Assembly: GCA_964409585.1 (NCBI GenBank) | Contig: CAYPEH010000001.1 | Coordinates: 1 to 41,630, forward strand | Reading direction: 5' to 3' | DNA length: 41,630 bases | DNA from: an uncultured Chromatiales bacterium | GTDB taxonomy: Bacteria; Pseudomonadota; Gammaproteobacteria; JACKNK01; CAYPEH01 | Notes under the pieces: model-generated | What the model was told of the DNA's origin: nothing | The model's database searches: none | The model's input: the letters and a program-made list of their open reading frames with translations, nothing else | Program-made: the position numbers and the translations under genes | Shown: one piece after another, positions 10,301-21,905 of the stretch | Layout of the letters: the number at the start of each line of letters is the position of its first letter | Numbering within the stretch: position 1 is the stretch's first letter

Positions 10301-11545
10301 TTAATAGTTGCCCTGAAACCAGCTCTTCATGCGCGCCCACACGCCTTTGAGACCGGATTCGGACAGTTCCTCGTGCGCCGGCCGGTCGCGGTTCTGCTGT
10401 CCGTAGATCAACAGCCCCACGCCGGTGGCATAAATCGGATTGCGGACCACGTCCGCCAGGCCGGTGACACTGTGCGGACTGCCCAGCCGCACCGGCATGT
10501 GAAACACTTCTTCCGCCAGTTCGATCACCCCTTCCATCTTCGAGCTGCCACCGGTGAGCACCACCCCCGCGGCGATCAGATCCTCGAAACCGGAGCGCTG
10601 CAGCTCCTCCTGGATGAGTGTGAACAGTTCCTCGTAGCGCGGCTCCACCACCTCGGCCAGGGTATGGCGCGCCATTCGCCGCGGCGGCCGGTCCCCCACA
10701 CCGGGCACCTCGATGGTTTCCTTGTCGGTGGCCAGTTGGGTCAGCGCGCAGGCGTACTTGATCTTGATCTCCTCGGCATGCTGCGTCGGCGTGCGCAGGG
10801 CCACGGCGATGTCATTGGTCACCTGATCACCGGCGATGGGAATCACGGCGGTATGGCGGATCGCCCCCTCGGTGAACACGGCGATATCGGTGGTGCCGCC
10901 ACCGATATCCACCAGGCAGACTCCCAGTTCCTTCTCGTCCTCGGTGAGCACGGCATAGCTGGATGCCAGTTGTTCGAGGATGATGTCCTCCACCTCCAGG
11001 CCACAGCGGCGCACGCATTTGATGATGTTCTGGGCCGCGCTGACCGCGCCGGTGACCATGTGCACCTTCGCCTCCAGGCGCACGCCGCACATGCCGATGG
11101 GGTCGCGGATCCCCTCCTGGCCGTCGATGATGAATTGCTGCGGCAGGATGTGCAGGATGCGCTGGTCGGCGGGGATCGCCACCGCGCGGGCCGCGTCGAT
11201 GACCCGGTCCAGATCCGGCTGGCTGACCTCCTTGTCGCGGATCGCCACGATGCCGTTGGAATTGAGGCTGCGGATGTGGCTGCCGGCAATACCCGCGTAG
11301 ACCGAATGAATCTCGCAGCCGGCCATCAGTTCAGCCTCCTCCACCGCCCGCTGAATGGACTGCACGGTGGATTCGATATTCACCACGACGCCCTTCTTCA
11401 GCCCCCGCGAGGGGTGCGAGCCCAGACCGGCGATTTCGATCTCGCCCTCCTCGTTGATCTCCGCCACGATGGCGACCACCTTCGAGGTACCGATGTCCAG
11501 ACTCACCAGCAGATTTCGGAGCGGTTTTTTCGTCATGGAATTCAT
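10301..11545 (-). CDS. ftsA: cell division protein FtsA
   Basis: 414 aa. Actin-like ATPase motifs (VSLDIGTSKV, DIGGGTTDIAVF) and a position between ftsQ and ftsZ. Confidence 0.97.
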   Translation of the reverse strand: MNSMTKKPLRNLLVSLDIGTSKVVAIVAEINEEGEIEIAGLGSHPSRGLKKGVVVNIESTVQSIQRAVEEAELMAGCEIHSVYAGIAGSHIRSLNSNGIVAIRDKEVSQPDLDRVIDAARAVAIPADQRILHILPQQFIIDGQEGIRDPIGMCGVRLEAKVHMVTGAVSAAQNIIKCVRRCGLEVEDIILEQLASSYAVLTEDEKELGVCLVDIGGGTTDIAVFTEGAIRHTAVIPIAGDQVTNDIAVALRTPTQHAEEIKIKYACALTQLATDKETIEVPGVGDRPPRRMARHTLAEVVEPRYEELFTLIQEELQRSGFEDLIAAGVVLTGGSSKMEGVIELAEEVFHMPVRLGSPHSVTGLADVVRNPIYATGVGLLIYGQQNRDRPAHEELSESGLKGVWARMKSWFQGNY

Positions 11546-12321
11546 CCTTCCATCAACCCTTTGGCCGTTTCCTCCTTCCAGGAAACGGCGAACCCGTTGG
11601 TGTAACGAAGGTCCACGGTCCGCACCCGCCCGGCCACCGCCCTCAGGCTGCCGTCATAGACCTTGAGAAAACGCCTCATGCGCGCCTCCACCTCATCCCT
11701 GCCCAATCGAAGCTCGATGCCGTTGCCCAGCCGTGCCTGCCAGGCACCGCGCCTGTTCATGGAGAGGCCCGCAAGGTAGAGACCCTGTCCGCGCGCCTCA
11801 TGGGCCAGACGCAGGAAGCGGTCGGCCACGCGCCTGGCGCTGCCCTCCGGTCCCCGCAGACGCGGCAGTTCCGGCAGCGCATCGATGTGCTCGGGACGAA
11901 ACACCTCACCACGCTCATTCAGCAGCGCATCCCCGTTCCAGCGGGCAAACGCCTTCTGTTCCGTCAGTTGCACCTGAACCGTGGAGGGCCAGACACGCCA
12001 TACCGTCACCTCATCGACCCAGGGCTGTCTTTGCAGGGCCTCGCGCAGCGCCGCCACATCCACATGGAAAAAGCCGTCCGCCACGTAATCCTCCGCAATC
12101 GCCCGCACCTGACCCACGTCCAGTTGCTGCAAATCCCCCTGCACCACCAGCCGCGTCACCGGCAGGCGGCCCGGCGCCAGCAACCAGGCACTGCCCCAAC
12201 CCAGCGTCCCCAGGCTGGCCGCCGCCAGCAGGACCGCCAGCATGGGCCGCAACAGCCGTTTCACCGGCCGGCGTTGATGGCCACGGCGTGCCACTGGGCG
12301 GGGGCGGCGGCTCACGCTCAT
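11542..12321 (-). CDS. ftsQ: cell division protein FtsQ
   Basis: 259 aa. Basic N-terminus, one TM segment ([17 protein letters not shown]) and a POTRA-like region. ATGA overlaps with ddl (12318-12321) and ftsA (11542-11545). Confidence 0.9.
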   Translation of the reverse strand: MSVSRRPRPVARRGHQRRPVKRLLRPMLAVLLAAASLGTLGWGSAWLLAPGRLPVTRLVVQGDLQQLDVGQVRAIAEDYVADGFFHVDVAALREALQRQPWVDEVTVWRVWPSTVQVQLTEQKAFARWNGDALLNERGEVFRPEHIDALPELPRLRGPEGSARRVADRFLRLAHEARGQGLYLAGLSMNRRGAWQARLGNGIELRLGRDEVEARMRRFLKVYDGSLRAVAGRVRTVDLRYTNGFAVSWKEETAKGLMEG

Positions 12322-14150
12322 GCCCGCTCCTCCAGGGTCTGTTCGAGGATGCGCACCACCAGTTCATCGAAGCCGATGCCCGCCGCCTTGGCCGCCATGG
12401 GCACCAGGCTGTGACTGGTCATGCCCGGTACGGTATTGATCTCCAGCAGATGAGGCCGGCCTGCGCCGTCCAGCATCAAATCGACCCGGCCCCATCCGCT
12501 GGCCCCCACCGCGCGGAAGGCATCCAGGGCCAGTTGCCGCAACTCGCTCTCACGCCCGGCATCCAGGCCACAGGGACAGTGATAACGGGTATCGTCGGAC
12601 TGATACTTGGCCTCGTAATCGTAGAAACTGTTGGGCGTCTCCAGCCGGATCATCGGCAGGGCCTCGTCGCCGAGGATGGCGACGGTGTACTCCGCGCCCT
12701 CCAGCCACTTCTCCGCCAGCACACTACCGTCATACCGGGCGGCCTCGATGCGCGCGGTTTCCAGCTCATCGACGCTGTTCACCTTGCTCATGCCGATGCT
12801 GGAACCCTCGTGGGCCGGCTTGACCATGACCGGCAGACCCAGGCGTTCGACCACGGCGTGCGTATCGGTGTCCGCGTCCAGCAGCAGGTAATCCGCCGTG
12901 GGCAGCCCCAGGGACTGCCACAATTGTTTGCAACGCAGCTTGTCCATACCCAGCGCGGAGCCGAGCACCCCGCTGCCGGTATAGGGCATCCCCAGCATCT
13001 CCAGCGCCCCCTGCAGCACTCCGTCCTCGCCGCCACGCCCGTGCACGATGATGAATGCGCGGTCGTAGCCACCCCGTGCCAGCACGGGCAGGGTTTCGCG
13101 GCCCACATCGATGCCGTGGGCATCGACGCCGCTGCGCCGCAGCCCCTCCAGCACGGCTGCGCCGCTGACCAGGGAGACCTCGCGCTCGGCCGCCCAGCCG
13201 CCCATGAGGACCGCTACCCGCCCCAGGTCCCGGCGCTGTGACCGACCCGTGCTCACTGCAGGCCCTCCCACGATGCGCACCTCGGTCTGCAAACGCACAC
13301 CGCAGCGTTTCTCCACCTCACGCTGCACGAACAGCAACAGGCCCTCGATGTCGCTGGCGGTCGCGCCGCCGGTGTTGATGATGAAATTGGCGTGCTTGGT
13401 GGACACGCAGGCCTTGCCACGGCAGCGTCCCTTCAGCCCAGCCGCCTCGATCAGGCGGCCGGCGTGATCACGCCCCGGATTGCGGAACACCGAACCACAA
13501 CTGGGCTGGCCGGTGGGTTGGGTACGCGCCCGCCGCTCCAGCAGCTCGCGGATGCGTTGCTGTGCCGCCGCCGCATCGCCGGTCCCCAGTTCCAGCTCCG
13601 CGCCGATGAACCATTCCTCCCCGGGCCCCCGGACGCTGCGGTACCCCACCTCGTATTCATCCGCCGCGCGGTCATGCAGCCGGCCGCTGCGGTCGATGGT
13701 CTGCACCCGCCGCACCAGCGCCCAGGTCTCCCCGCCAAAGGCGCCCGCGTTCATGGCCAGGGCGCCGCCCATGGTGCCGGGAATCCCGGCCAGGAATTCC
13801 GCTCCGGTGAGGTTCCAGCGGCCGCTCTCGCGCGCAACCCTGGCGCAGGCCAGACCGGCACCCACCCGCACACGGGTCTCGCCCACCCGTTCCAGGGTGT
13901 CCAGAACCCCGTACAAGGCGATGACCGTGCCGTGGAAACCACCGTCCCGCACCAGCAGATTGCTGCCCAGGCCCAGCCACAGCAGCGGCTCATCGGCGGG
14001 CAGTCCGGACAGGAACTGCACCAGATCGTCCAGATCCGCCGGCCGGTAGAACCGGGCCGCCGGTCCACCGGCCTTCCAGGTCACGTGCCGGCCCATGGGC
14101 TCGTTGAACAACAGCTCACCGCGCAGCCTGGATTTCGGAGCCGCCATCAT
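12318..14150 (-). CDS. murB/ddl: continuous MurB~Ddl reading frame (UDP-N-acetylenolpyruvoylglucosamine reductase fused in frame to D-alanine--D-alanine ligase)
   Basis: The N-terminal ~298 aa are MurB-like ([23 protein letters not shown] ... ending EVRIVG). There is no stop, and the frame continues into a full Ddl ([20 protein letters not shown]...). An internal SD GGGAGGG (13263-13269) plus GTG 13256 would give a separate 312-aa Ddl. The MurB start is taken as ATG 14150; the longest ORF starts at GTG 14195. Confidence 0.85.
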   Translation of the reverse strand: MMAAPKSRLRGELLFNEPMGRHVTWKAGGPAARFYRPADLDDLVQFLSGLPADEPLLWLGLGSNLLVRDGGFHGTVIALYGVLDTLERVGETRVRVGAGLACARVARESGRWNLTGAEFLAGIPGTMGGALAMNAGAFGGETWALVRRVQTIDRSGRLHDRAADEYEVGYRSVRGPGEEWFIGAELELGTGDAAAAQQRIRELLERRARTQPTGQPSCGSVFRNPGRDHAGRLIEAAGLKGRCRGKACVSTKHANFIINTGGATASDIEGLLLFVQREVEKRCGVRLQTEVRIVGGPAVSTGRSQRRDLGRVAVLMGGWAAEREVSLVSGAAVLEGLRRSGVDAHGIDVGRETLPVLARGGYDRAFIIVHGRGGEDGVLQGALEMLGMPYTGSGVLGSALGMDKLRCKQLWQSLGLPTADYLLLDADTDTHAVVERLGLPVMVKPAHEGSSIGMSKVNSVDELETARIEAARYDGSVLAEKWLEGAEYTVAILGDEALPMIRLETPNSFYDYEAKYQSDDTRYHCPCGLDAGRESELRQLALDAFRAVGASGWGRVDLMLDGAGRPHLLEINTVPGMTSHSLVPMAAKAAGIGFDELVVRILEQTLEERA

Positions 14151-14344
14151 CGGTTGCCACCCCACTGTTCCCGTACCCGGCGTGGACTCGGCCACTCGCG
14201 CCAGGCCCGGTTGAGGGCCGGCCCCTTTTCCCCGTCGTCACCGGTGGCAGCCTCCACCAGGTCGCGGTGATCCGGCTCCACATAACGGCTGCGCAGCGAT
14301 TCGCCACACCCCTGATGCAGATCCTGCAGGTCGTACTCACTCAT
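14147..14344 (-). CDS. 65-aa hypothetical protein between murC and murB
   Basis: ATG 14344 is preceded by GGGAGGGGAG with a 3-nt spacer (GTC), 20 nt after the murC stop. The stop TGA overlaps the murB ATG (ATGA at 14147-14150). About 73% of third codon positions are G/C by my count. No family was recognised. Confidence 0.45.
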   Translation of the reverse strand: MSEYDLQDLHQGCGESLRSRYVEPDHRDLVEAATGDDGEKGPALNRAWREWPSPRRVREQWGGNR

Positions 14345-14365
14345 GACTCCCCTCCCGCATCGTCT

Positions 14366-15799
14366 TCAACGCCCGTCATCACCCAGTTGTCGCGGCAAAC
14401 CCGCGGCCACCGCCCCTATATCCCCGGCGCCCAGCGTCAACAGCACATCACCATCGCGCAGCACCCCGGGCAGGACCGCCGGCAGTTCCGCGCAGGACGG
14501 CACGAACACCGGATCCACCTGACCTCGGGCGCGGATGGCGCGGCACAGGGCACGCCCGTCGGCACCGCTGATTGGTTCCTCGCCCGCGGCATAGACCTCG
14601 GTCACCAGCAATGCCTCGGCACCGCACAACACGCTGGCAAAATCATCGAGCAGATCGCGGGTACGGCTGTAGCGGTGGGGTTGGAAGGCCACCACCAGGC
14701 GGCGCTCCGGCCAGGCCTGACGCGCCGCCCGCATGGTCGCGGCCACCTCGCTGGGGTGATGGCCGTAGTCATCCACCAGCAGCACCTTGCCGCCATTTAC
14801 CGTCACCTCGCCATTGACCTGGAAGCGGCGGCCGATACCCTGAAATCCGGACAGCGCCTTCTGCACCGCCGCGTCCTCCACACCCAGTTCACGGGCCACG
14901 GCGATCGCCGCCAGGGCATTGCGCACGTTGTGCACACCGGGCATGTTCAGGGTCACCGGCAGTCCTGGCCCGCCATCCCGCCAGAGCACCCGGAAATGGG
15001 TACGGATTCCCTCCTGGCGGATATCCACGGCACGCACATCGGCCTCCTCACCGGTGCCGAAGGTCAGTATCCGCCGGGTCACCCGGGGCAGGATTTCGCG
15101 CACACCCGGATCGTCCAGGCACAGCACCGCCAGGCCGTAGAAGGGCAGGTGATGCAGGAATTCCACGAAGGCCGCGTGCAGCCGGCGCACATCGCCCTGG
15201 TAGGTGCCCAGGTGATCGGCATCGATATTGGTCACCACCGACAGGATCGGTTGCAGGAACAGGAAGGAGGCATCGCTCTCATCGGCCTCGGCCACCAGAA
15301 ACCGCCCCTCCCCCAGCCGGGCATGGGCGCCGGCGCTGTTGAGACGCCCGCCGATCACGAAGGTGGGATCGAGCCCGCCTTCGGCCAGCAGCGAGGCCAC
15401 CAGGCTGGTGGTGGTGGTCTTGCCGTGGGTGCCGGCCACGGCGATGCCGTCGCGCAGACGCATCAGTTCAGCCAGCATTTCCGCCCGCGGCACCACCGGC
15501 AGGCGCAGTTCACGGGCCGCCACCACCTCCGGGTTGTCGTCCTGCACGGCCGTGGACACCACCAGCACATCGACATTGCGCACGTTGTCGGCGGCATGGC
15601 CGATGGCGATATTCACGCCCAGTTCCCGTAGACGGCGCGTGACCGCATTCTCGCGCAGGTCGGAACCACTGACCTCGAAACCCAGGTTGGACATCACCTC
15701 GGCGATGCCTCCCATGCCGGCGCCACCGGCACCGACGAAGTGCACGCGGCGGATACGCCCCATGGGATCGAGGCTGGGGCCCTTGGTATGGCTGCTCAT
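14366..15799 (-). CDS. murC: UDP-N-acetylmuramate--L-alanine ligase MurC
   Basis: 477 aa. [17 protein letters not shown] and [10 protein letters not shown] Mur-ligase motifs. Start overlaps the murG stop. Confidence 0.96.
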   Translation of the reverse strand: MSSHTKGPSLDPMGRIRRVHFVGAGGAGMGGIAEVMSNLGFEVSGSDLRENAVTRRLRELGVNIAIGHAADNVRNVDVLVVSTAVQDDNPEVVAARELRLPVVPRAEMLAELMRLRDGIAVAGTHGKTTTTSLVASLLAEGGLDPTFVIGGRLNSAGAHARLGEGRFLVAEADESDASFLFLQPILSVVTNIDADHLGTYQGDVRRLHAAFVEFLHHLPFYGLAVLCLDDPGVREILPRVTRRILTFGTGEEADVRAVDIRQEGIRTHFRVLWRDGGPGLPVTLNMPGVHNVRNALAAIAVARELGVEDAAVQKALSGFQGIGRRFQVNGEVTVNGGKVLLVDDYGHHPSEVAATMRAARQAWPERRLVVAFQPHRYSRTRDLLDDFASVLCGAEALLVTEVYAAGEEPISGADGRALCRAIRARGQVDPVFVPSCAELPAVLPGVLRDGDVLLTLGAGDIGAVAAGLPRQLGDDGR

Positions 15800-16890
15800 C
15801 GTTCCCCCTCCTTCAGTGCTACCGCCAGACAGGCCTCCGCCACATCCCTGGCCGCCTCCGGCAGTGCCAGGGCACGCGCCCTGGCGGCCATGGCGGCCAG
15901 CCTCGGCCGGTCGTCGGACAATTCCAGCAGTCGTGCCGCGAGACTCTCCGCTTCCAGATCCGATTGCGGGATCAGCAGCGCCGCCCCCGCCTCGTGCAGA
16001 TACCGGGCATTGCCGGTCTGGTGGTCGTCCACCGCATGGGGGTACGGCACCAGCAGGGACGGCAGACCGGCGGCGGTCAATTCGGCCACGGTCAGGGCGC
16101 CCGCCCGGCAGATCACCAGATCGGCCCAGGCATAGGCCCCGGCCATGTCATCGATGAAGGCGGTCAGTTCCACCTCCACCCCGGCCCTGGCATAGGCATC
16201 GCGGGCCTGCTCCAGGGTGCGCTCGCCCGCTTGGTGCCATACCTTCGGGCGCCGCTCTGCAGGTATACGCGCCAGTGCCTCGGGCACCGTCTCGTTCAAG
16301 GCCAGGGCACCGAGGCTGCCACCCAGCACCAGCAGGCGCATGGGGCCGGCATGATCGGCCATGCGCCGTTCCGGCGGCGGCAGGGCGGCGATCTCTGCCC
16401 GCACCGGATTGCCCACCTGCTGCACACACCGTCCGGGGAAGCAGTCGGGAAAGGCCGTCAGCACCCGCGCCGCCAACGGCGCCAACAGGCGATTGGTCAG
16501 ACCGGCCACGGAATTCTGCTCATGGATCACCAGCGGCCTGCCCAGCAGACGGGCCACCAGGCCGCCGGGGCCGGAAACGAATCCGCCCATGCCCAGGACG
16601 GTGCGCGGGCGCACCCGCCGCAGCACCCGCAGGGCCTGATACCCGGCCAGCAGCAGGCGGGCGGGCGCCAACAGGCGATCCAGCCAGCCCTTGCCACGCA
16701 GGCCGGTCACATCCAGCCACTCCATGGGGATTCCGGCCGCGGGCACCACCCGCGCCTCCAGGCCACGCCGGGTGCCCAGCCAGACCACCGGCACGTCCCG
16801 TTCCCGCAGCACGGAGGCCACCGCCAGGGCAGGAAATACGTGTCCACCGGTACCGCCGGCCATGATCAGCACAGGGGCATCAGCCATCAT
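15796..16890 (-). CDS. murG: undecaprenyl-PP-MurNAc-pentapeptide GlcNAc transferase MurG
   Basis: [21 protein letters not shown] is the MurG N-terminal signature. ATG 16890 is preferred over the longest ORF start at 16935. Confidence 0.95.
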   Translation of the reverse strand: MMADAPVLIMAGGTGGHVFPALAVASVLRERDVPVVWLGTRRGLEARVVPAAGIPMEWLDVTGLRGKGWLDRLLAPARLLLAGYQALRVLRRVRPRTVLGMGGFVSGPGGLVARLLGRPLVIHEQNSVAGLTNRLLAPLAARVLTAFPDCFPGRCVQQVGNPVRAEIAALPPPERRMADHAGPMRLLVLGGSLGALALNETVPEALARIPAERRPKVWHQAGERTLEQARDAYARAGVEVELTAFIDDMAGAYAWADLVICRAGALTVAELTAAGLPSLLVPYPHAVDDHQTGNARYLHEAGAALLIPQSDLEAESLAARLLELSDDRPRLAAMAARARALALPEAARDVAEACLAVALKEGER

Positions 16891-18094
16891 CTTCCTGCCC
16901 CTCTTTCGCCTGGCCGCGCACGGCCACGGCCTCATTGAGCCGGATGCGGTTTTCGCGGTCCACCCGCAACAGCAGGCCCATGGCCATGCACATGGTCACC
17001 AGGCTGGAACCGCCGTAACTCATCAGCGGCAGGGTCAGACCCTTGGTGGGCAGGATGCCGGTGTTCACGCCCATGTTGATGAAGGCCTGCAAACCCACCC
17101 ACAGGCCGATGCCATAGGCGAGATACCCGCCGTAGGGCCGCCCCAACTCCAGGGCGCGGCGGCCGATATGCAGCGCCCGCACCACCAGGAAGGCGAACAG
17201 GCCGATGACCAGCACCGAACCGATCAGGCCCAGCTCCTCGGCCAGGATGGCGAAGAGGAAATCGGTATGGGCCTCGGGCAGGTAGTAGAGCTTTTGCACG
17301 CTGGCGCCCAGACCGACACCGAACCACTCGCCGCGGCCAATGGCGATCAGCGACTGGATCAGTTGAAAACCGCTGTTGAAGGGGTCGGCCCAGGGATCGC
17401 GGAAGGAGATCAGGCGCTGCACACGGTAGGGAGCCGACACCACCAGCACCGCCAGCATGGCGAGAACACCGACCAACAACATGCCGAACTGCCAGAGGCG
17501 GGCACCGGCCAGGAACATCATGCCCAAGGCCACCGCCATCAGCACCACGGTGGCGCCGAAGTCCGGTTGCAGCAGCATCAGGGCGCAGATCAGGATCAGC
17601 AGCAGCATGGGGCGTATGAAACCGGCGGCGCGGGTGCGGACGGTCTCGCCCTGGCGCACAAGATAGCCGGCCAGATAGATGATGACGAACAGTTTGACCA
17701 GCTCGGACACCTGAAGATTGAACAGGCCGAGCCGGATCCAGCGGGTACTGCCGTTGACGGTATGGCCGATGCCCGGCAGCAGCACCAGCGCCAGCAGCAG
17801 GATACCGGCCAGCAGCAGCCAGGCGCTGATCCGGCGCCAGAAATCCACCGGCTCATGCAGGCAGACCACCATCACGACCAACCCCATCGCCAGGTAGACA
17901 CACTGATGCAGGAAGAAATAGAACGGCTGGGAATAGTTGCCATCGGCCGTGGCGATGGAGGCGGAGGCGACCATCACCAGCCCCAGCAGGAGCAGGGTCA
18001 GCACCGTCCCCAGCAGGGGTCTGTCGATGGTGGCGACCACCTGCCGGCGCCCGGCGGCCGGCCGCTGTCTGCCCATGGCGGCGGTGATACTCAT
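16880..18094 (-). CDS. ftsW: SEDS-family peptidoglycan polymerase / division protein FtsW
   Basis: 404 aa, polytopic membrane protein with SEDS-like motifs (QPSELVK-like VSELVKLF, PEAHTDFLFA, GILPTKGLTLPLMSYGGSS). Confidence 0.95.
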   Translation of the reverse strand: MSITAAMGRQRPAAGRRQVVATIDRPLLGTVLTLLLLGLVMVASASIATADGNYSQPFYFFLHQCVYLAMGLVVMVVCLHEPVDFWRRISAWLLLAGILLLALVLLPGIGHTVNGSTRWIRLGLFNLQVSELVKLFVIIYLAGYLVRQGETVRTRAAGFIRPMLLLILICALMLLQPDFGATVVLMAVALGMMFLAGARLWQFGMLLVGVLAMLAVLVVSAPYRVQRLISFRDPWADPFNSGFQLIQSLIAIGRGEWFGVGLGASVQKLYYLPEAHTDFLFAILAEELGLIGSVLVIGLFAFLVVRALHIGRRALELGRPYGGYLAYGIGLWVGLQAFINMGVNTGILPTKGLTLPLMSYGGSSLVTMCMAMGLLLRVDRENRIRLNEAVAVRGQAKEGQEDDG

Positions 18095-19452
18095 GTCAGC
18101 AGCCTCTCCACCGCCGCGACAAAGGCATCGCCACGCTGTTCGAAATTGCTGAACATGTCGAAGCTGGCACAGGCCGGCGACAACAACACAGCATCCCCCG
18201 GGCTCGACAAGCGGAAAGCGGTCTCCACCGCCTCATCCATACCGCCGGCATGGTGGATGGCCACGGCACCGTCCAGGGCCTGTTCCAGCAGGGGGGCGTC
18301 GCGGCCGATCAGCACCACCGCGCGCACGTCCTCGCCCATGGCCTCGCGCAGTGGCGTGAAATCCTGCCCCTTGCCCTCGCCACCGGCGATCAGCACCAGC
18401 GGGCGTTCCATGCCGCGCACCGCCGCCACGGTGGCGCCCACATTGGTGCCTTTGGAATCATCGAAGAACTGGACCCCGTTCACCTCGGCCACCCAACGGC
18501 TGCGATGGGCCAGGCCGGGGAACTCGCGCAGCGCGGCCAGCATGGCCGCCATCGGCAGTCCCACTGCATTTCCCAGGGCCAGCGCGGCCAGGGCATTGGC
18601 CTGGTTGTGGCGGCCGGCCAGAAGCATCCGCCGCACCGGCAGCAAGGGCTCGGAACCATGGGCCAGCCAGTCTCCGTCCCCCCTCGCCAGCAACCCGAAA
18701 TCCCCTTCGGCCGGGCGTCCCAGGGTGAACCGGACCACCTCCCTGCCCGTCTCCAGCATGTCCATGACGCGGCTGTCATCGGCATTCAGCACCATCACGC
18801 CGTCGCCATGGAAGACCTGCCGCTTGGCCTCGGCGTACTCATCCATACCCGCATAGCGGTCCATGTGATCGGGGCTCAGGTTGAGAACCGTGGCCGCCCG
18901 CGCATCCAGGCTGTAGGTGGTCTCCAACTGGAAGCTGGACAGTTCCAGGACGTAGAGATCGGGCACGGAACCGTCCAGCAGATCCAGGGCCGGGGTGCCC
19001 AGATTGCCACCGACCTTCACGGACCAGCCGGCCCGTTCGGCCATCCGTCCCACCAGGGTGGTGACCGTGCTCTTGCCGTTGGAACCGGTGATCGCCACCA
19101 CCGGCGCGGGAACATGGCGTGCGAACAGTTCGATGTCACCGATCACCTCGGCCCCACGGGCGCGCGCGGCACGGATCGGTTCCTCCTTGATGCTTACCCC
19201 CGGGCTGACGATCAACTGCTCGGCACGGCGGAAGGCGGCCGGATCGAAACCACCCCGGAACACCGCCACGTCCGGCAGTTCACGGCGCAACGCCTCCAGG
19301 CCTGGCGGGTCCTCGCGGCTGTCCACCACCGCCACCGGACAGCCGCGGCCGGCCAGGAAACGGGCCACGGACAAACCGGTCCTGCCCAGGCCGACCACCA
19401 GTGTCCTGCGGTAGGCATCGTGGTCTTTGCTGTACATATCTACAGCCATCAT
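18091..19452 (-). CDS. murD: UDP-N-acetylmuramoylalanine--D-glutamate ligase MurD
   Basis: 453 aa. VVGLGRTGLS and ITGSNGKSTV motifs, with the expected position between mraY and ftsW. Confidence 0.96.
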   Translation of the reverse strand: MMAVDMYSKDHDAYRRTLVVGLGRTGLSVARFLAGRGCPVAVVDSREDPPGLEALRRELPDVAVFRGGFDPAAFRRAEQLIVSPGVSIKEEPIRAARARGAEVIGDIELFARHVPAPVVAITGSNGKSTVTTLVGRMAERAGWSVKVGGNLGTPALDLLDGSVPDLYVLELSSFQLETTYSLDARAATVLNLSPDHMDRYAGMDEYAEAKRQVFHGDGVMVLNADDSRVMDMLETGREVVRFTLGRPAEGDFGLLARGDGDWLAHGSEPLLPVRRMLLAGRHNQANALAALALGNAVGLPMAAMLAALREFPGLAHRSRWVAEVNGVQFFDDSKGTNVGATVAAVRGMERPLVLIAGGEGKGQDFTPLREAMGEDVRAVVLIGRDAPLLEQALDGAVAIHHAGGMDEAVETAFRLSSPGDAVLLSPACASFDMFSNFEQRGDAFVAAVERLLT

Positions 19453-19453
19453 C

Positions 19454-20536
19454 TCAGCGCACCTTGAGGGTTGCCAGACCGATCAGCACCAGGATGACGG
19501 TGATGATCCAGAAGCGCACGATGACCCGCGGCTCGGGCCAGCCCTTCAATTCGAAATGGTGGTGCAGGGGCGCCATGCGGAAGATGCGCCGCCCGGTGAG
19601 CTTGAACGAGGCCACCTGCAGGATCACCGATACGGTCTCCATGACGAACACGCCCCCCATGATGAACAGCACCAGTTCCTGACGGACCAGCACGGCCAGC
19701 ACGCCCAGGGCCGCACCCAGAGCCAGGGCGCCGACATCGCCCATGAAGACCTGCGCCGGATAGGCGTTGAACCAGAGGAAACCGAGGCCGGCCCCCAGCA
19801 GGGCGCCGCAGAACACCACCAGTTCACCGGCGCCGGGGATGTAGGGGATGCTCAGGTAAGAGGCGAAGCCGGAATGGCCGGTGGCATAGGCGAAGATACC
19901 CAGGGCCCCGCCCACCATGACCGTCGGCAGGATCGCCAGACCGTCCAGGCCATCGGTCAGGTTGACCGCGTTGCTGGAGCCGACGATGACGAAATAGGTC
20001 AAGGGCACGAACAGCCAGCCCAGATCGAAGACCACATCCTTGAACACCGGCACGATCAATTGCAGCTCTGCCGGCAGGGTCGCGGTGAAATAGAGGAACA
20101 GGGCCGTGCCCAGCGCCACCACCGACTGCCAGAAATATTTCCAGCGCGCCGGCAGCCCCTTGGGATCGTGTTTCACCAGCTTGCGGTAATCGTCCACCCA
20201 GCCGATGACACCGAAGGCCAGGGTAGTCAGCAGCACCACCCAGACATAGCGGTTTTCCAGGTTGCCCCACAGCAGCATGGTGGTGGCGATGGCCACCAGG
20301 ATCAGGGCACCGCCCATGGTCGGCGTGCCGGCCTTGGACAGGTGGGACTGCGGGCCATCGTCACGCACCGTCTGGCCGATCTGGTGATAACTCAGACGGC
20401 GGATCATGAACGGCCCGATGACGAAAGAGATGAACAGCGCCGTCAGCACGCCGAGAATGGCGCGCAGGGTCAGGTACTGAAACACGTTGAACGCGCTGTA
20501 GAACTTTTCCAGATATTCGGCCAGCCACAACAGCAT
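19454..20536 (-). CDS. mraY: phospho-N-acetylmuramoyl-pentapeptide transferase MraY
   Basis: 360 aa. MLLWLAEYL... N-terminus, plus KAGTPTMGG and [13 protein letters not shown] motifs. Confidence 0.97.
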   Translation of the reverse strand: MLLWLAEYLEKFYSAFNVFQYLTLRAILGVLTALFISFVIGPFMIRRLSYHQIGQTVRDDGPQSHLSKAGTPTMGGALILVAIATTMLLWGNLENRYVWVVLLTTLAFGVIGWVDDYRKLVKHDPKGLPARWKYFWQSVVALGTALFLYFTATLPAELQLIVPVFKDVVFDLGWLFVPLTYFVIVGSSNAVNLTDGLDGLAILPTVMVGGALGIFAYATGHSGFASYLSIPYIPGAGELVVFCGALLGAGLGFLWFNAYPAQVFMGDVGALALGAALGVLAVLVRQELVLFIMGGVFVMETVSVILQVASFKLTGRRIFRMAPLHHHFELKGWPEPRVIVRFWIITVILVLIGLATLKVR

Positions 20537-20537
20537 G

Positions 20538-21905
20538 TCAGCCTCCGTTGGCCTGCCGTGGGCGCCGCCGGCCGCACAGCGCGGTGATCACCCGCTCCAT
20601 GCCCATGCGTCGTGAGCCCTTGACCAGCACGGTGACGCCGGCCTGCAATTCCGTGCCCAGCGCCTTGATGAGACCCTCCATGGTGTCGAAGCTGCGGCCG
20701 CCGGGGCCGAAACCGATGGCCAGCTCGCAACCGAGCCGCCCCAGCGCGTAGACCCGCTGCACCCCGGCGACACGGGCCTGACGCCCCATTTCCCGGTGCA
20801 TGGCCTCGGCGTCCCCGCCCAGTTCCAGCATGTCACCCACCACCAGCCAGAGGGGGCCGCGCCGCCCGGCCATGGCCTCGATGCCCGCCTGCAACGAAGC
20901 CGGGTTGGCGTTGTAGCTGTCATCGACGAAGGTGGTCTGCAAGGGGCCGGGGAAACGCTGCAGGCGCCCGGCCACCGGCTGCATGGCCTGCAATCCGGCA
21001 CAGACGGCCGGCAGGCTGGCGCCGGCGGCGATGGCGGCGGCGGTGGCGGCCAGGGCGTTCATGACGTTGTGCCGTCCGGGCAGGGACAGTTGCACCTGGG
21101 TCTCGCCCAGAGGGGTACGCAGATGCAACAGGCTACCCTGGTGGTTGCCGCGCCAGTCGGCGCTCACCTCCGCCTCGTTCTCCAGGCCGAAGCGGATCAC
21201 CCGGCGCCCATCGTTGAGTCCCAGCCAATAATCCGCGAAGGGGTCATCGGCGTTGATCACCGCCACCCCGCCTTCAGTCAGCCCCGAATAGATCTCACCC
21301 TTGGCATGGGCCACCCCCTCCAGGCTGCCAAAGCCTTCCAGATGGGCAGGGCCCGCATTGTTGACCACGGCCACGGTGGGGCGGGCGATACCGCTCAGAT
21401 AGCCGATCTCGCCCGGATGATTGGCGCCCATCTCCAGTACCGCCGCCTGCTGGCCCGGTTCCAGTTCCAGCAGACTCAGGGGCAGGCCGATGTCGTTGTT
21501 CAGGTTGCCGCGGGTGGCCAGCACCGGCCCCGCCACGCCCAGGATGCGGGCCACCATTTCCTTCACACTGGTCTTGCCGTTGCTGCCGGTGACCCCCACC
21601 AGGGGAAGATCGAAACGGCCGCGCCACCAGGCGGCCAGACGGCCGAGGGCAAGACGGGTGTCGGCCACCACCAGTTGCGGCAGATCCAGCTCGGCGGGCC
21701 TGCTCACCAAGGCGGCAGCCGCCCCGGCGGCCTGCACATCGGCAAGGTAGCGATGGGCATCGTGGTTGGGACCCACCAGGGCGATGAACAACATCCCGGC
21801 CGCCACCTGGCGGCTGTCGATGGCAACCCCGTTCACCACCGCATCCTCACCCGGCGGGCGCACATCCAGGGCGGTTGCGATCTCGCTCAGCCGGACCCCG
21901 TTCAC
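20538..21905 (-). CDS. murF: UDP-MurNAc-tripeptide--D-alanyl-D-alanine ligase MurF
   Basis: 455 aa. [13 protein letters not shown] motif. Position between murE and mraY. Confidence 0.95.
   Translation of the reverse strand: MNGVRLSEIATALDVRPPGEDAVVNGVAIDSRQVAAGMLFIALVGPNHDAHRYLADVQAAGAAAALVSRPAELDLPQLVVADTRLALGRLAAWWRGRFDLPLVGVTGSNGKTSVKEMVARILGVAGPVLATRGNLNNDIGLPLSLLELEPGQQAAVLEMGANHPGEIGYLSGIARPTVAVVNNAGPAHLEGFGSLEGVAHAKGEIYSGLTEGGVAVINADDPFADYWLGLNDGRRVIRFGLENEAEVSADWRGNHQGSLLHLRTPLGETQVQLSLPGRHNVMNALAATAAAIAAGASLPAVCAGLQAMQPVAGRLQRFPGPLQTTFVDDSYNANPASLQAGIEAMAGRRGPLWLVVGDMLELGGDAEAMHREMGRQARVAGVQRVYALGRLGCELAIGFGPGGRSFDTMEGLIKALGTELQAGVTVLVKGSRRMGMERVITALCGRRRPRQANGG

Noticed and set aside
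14150-14195. The longest murB start (GTG 14195)
   Set aside because: It has no SD and would overlap the well-signalled 65-aa ORF. ATG 14150 gives the ATGA coupling and still precedes the conserved MurB N-terminal block. It is not excluded, only less likely.
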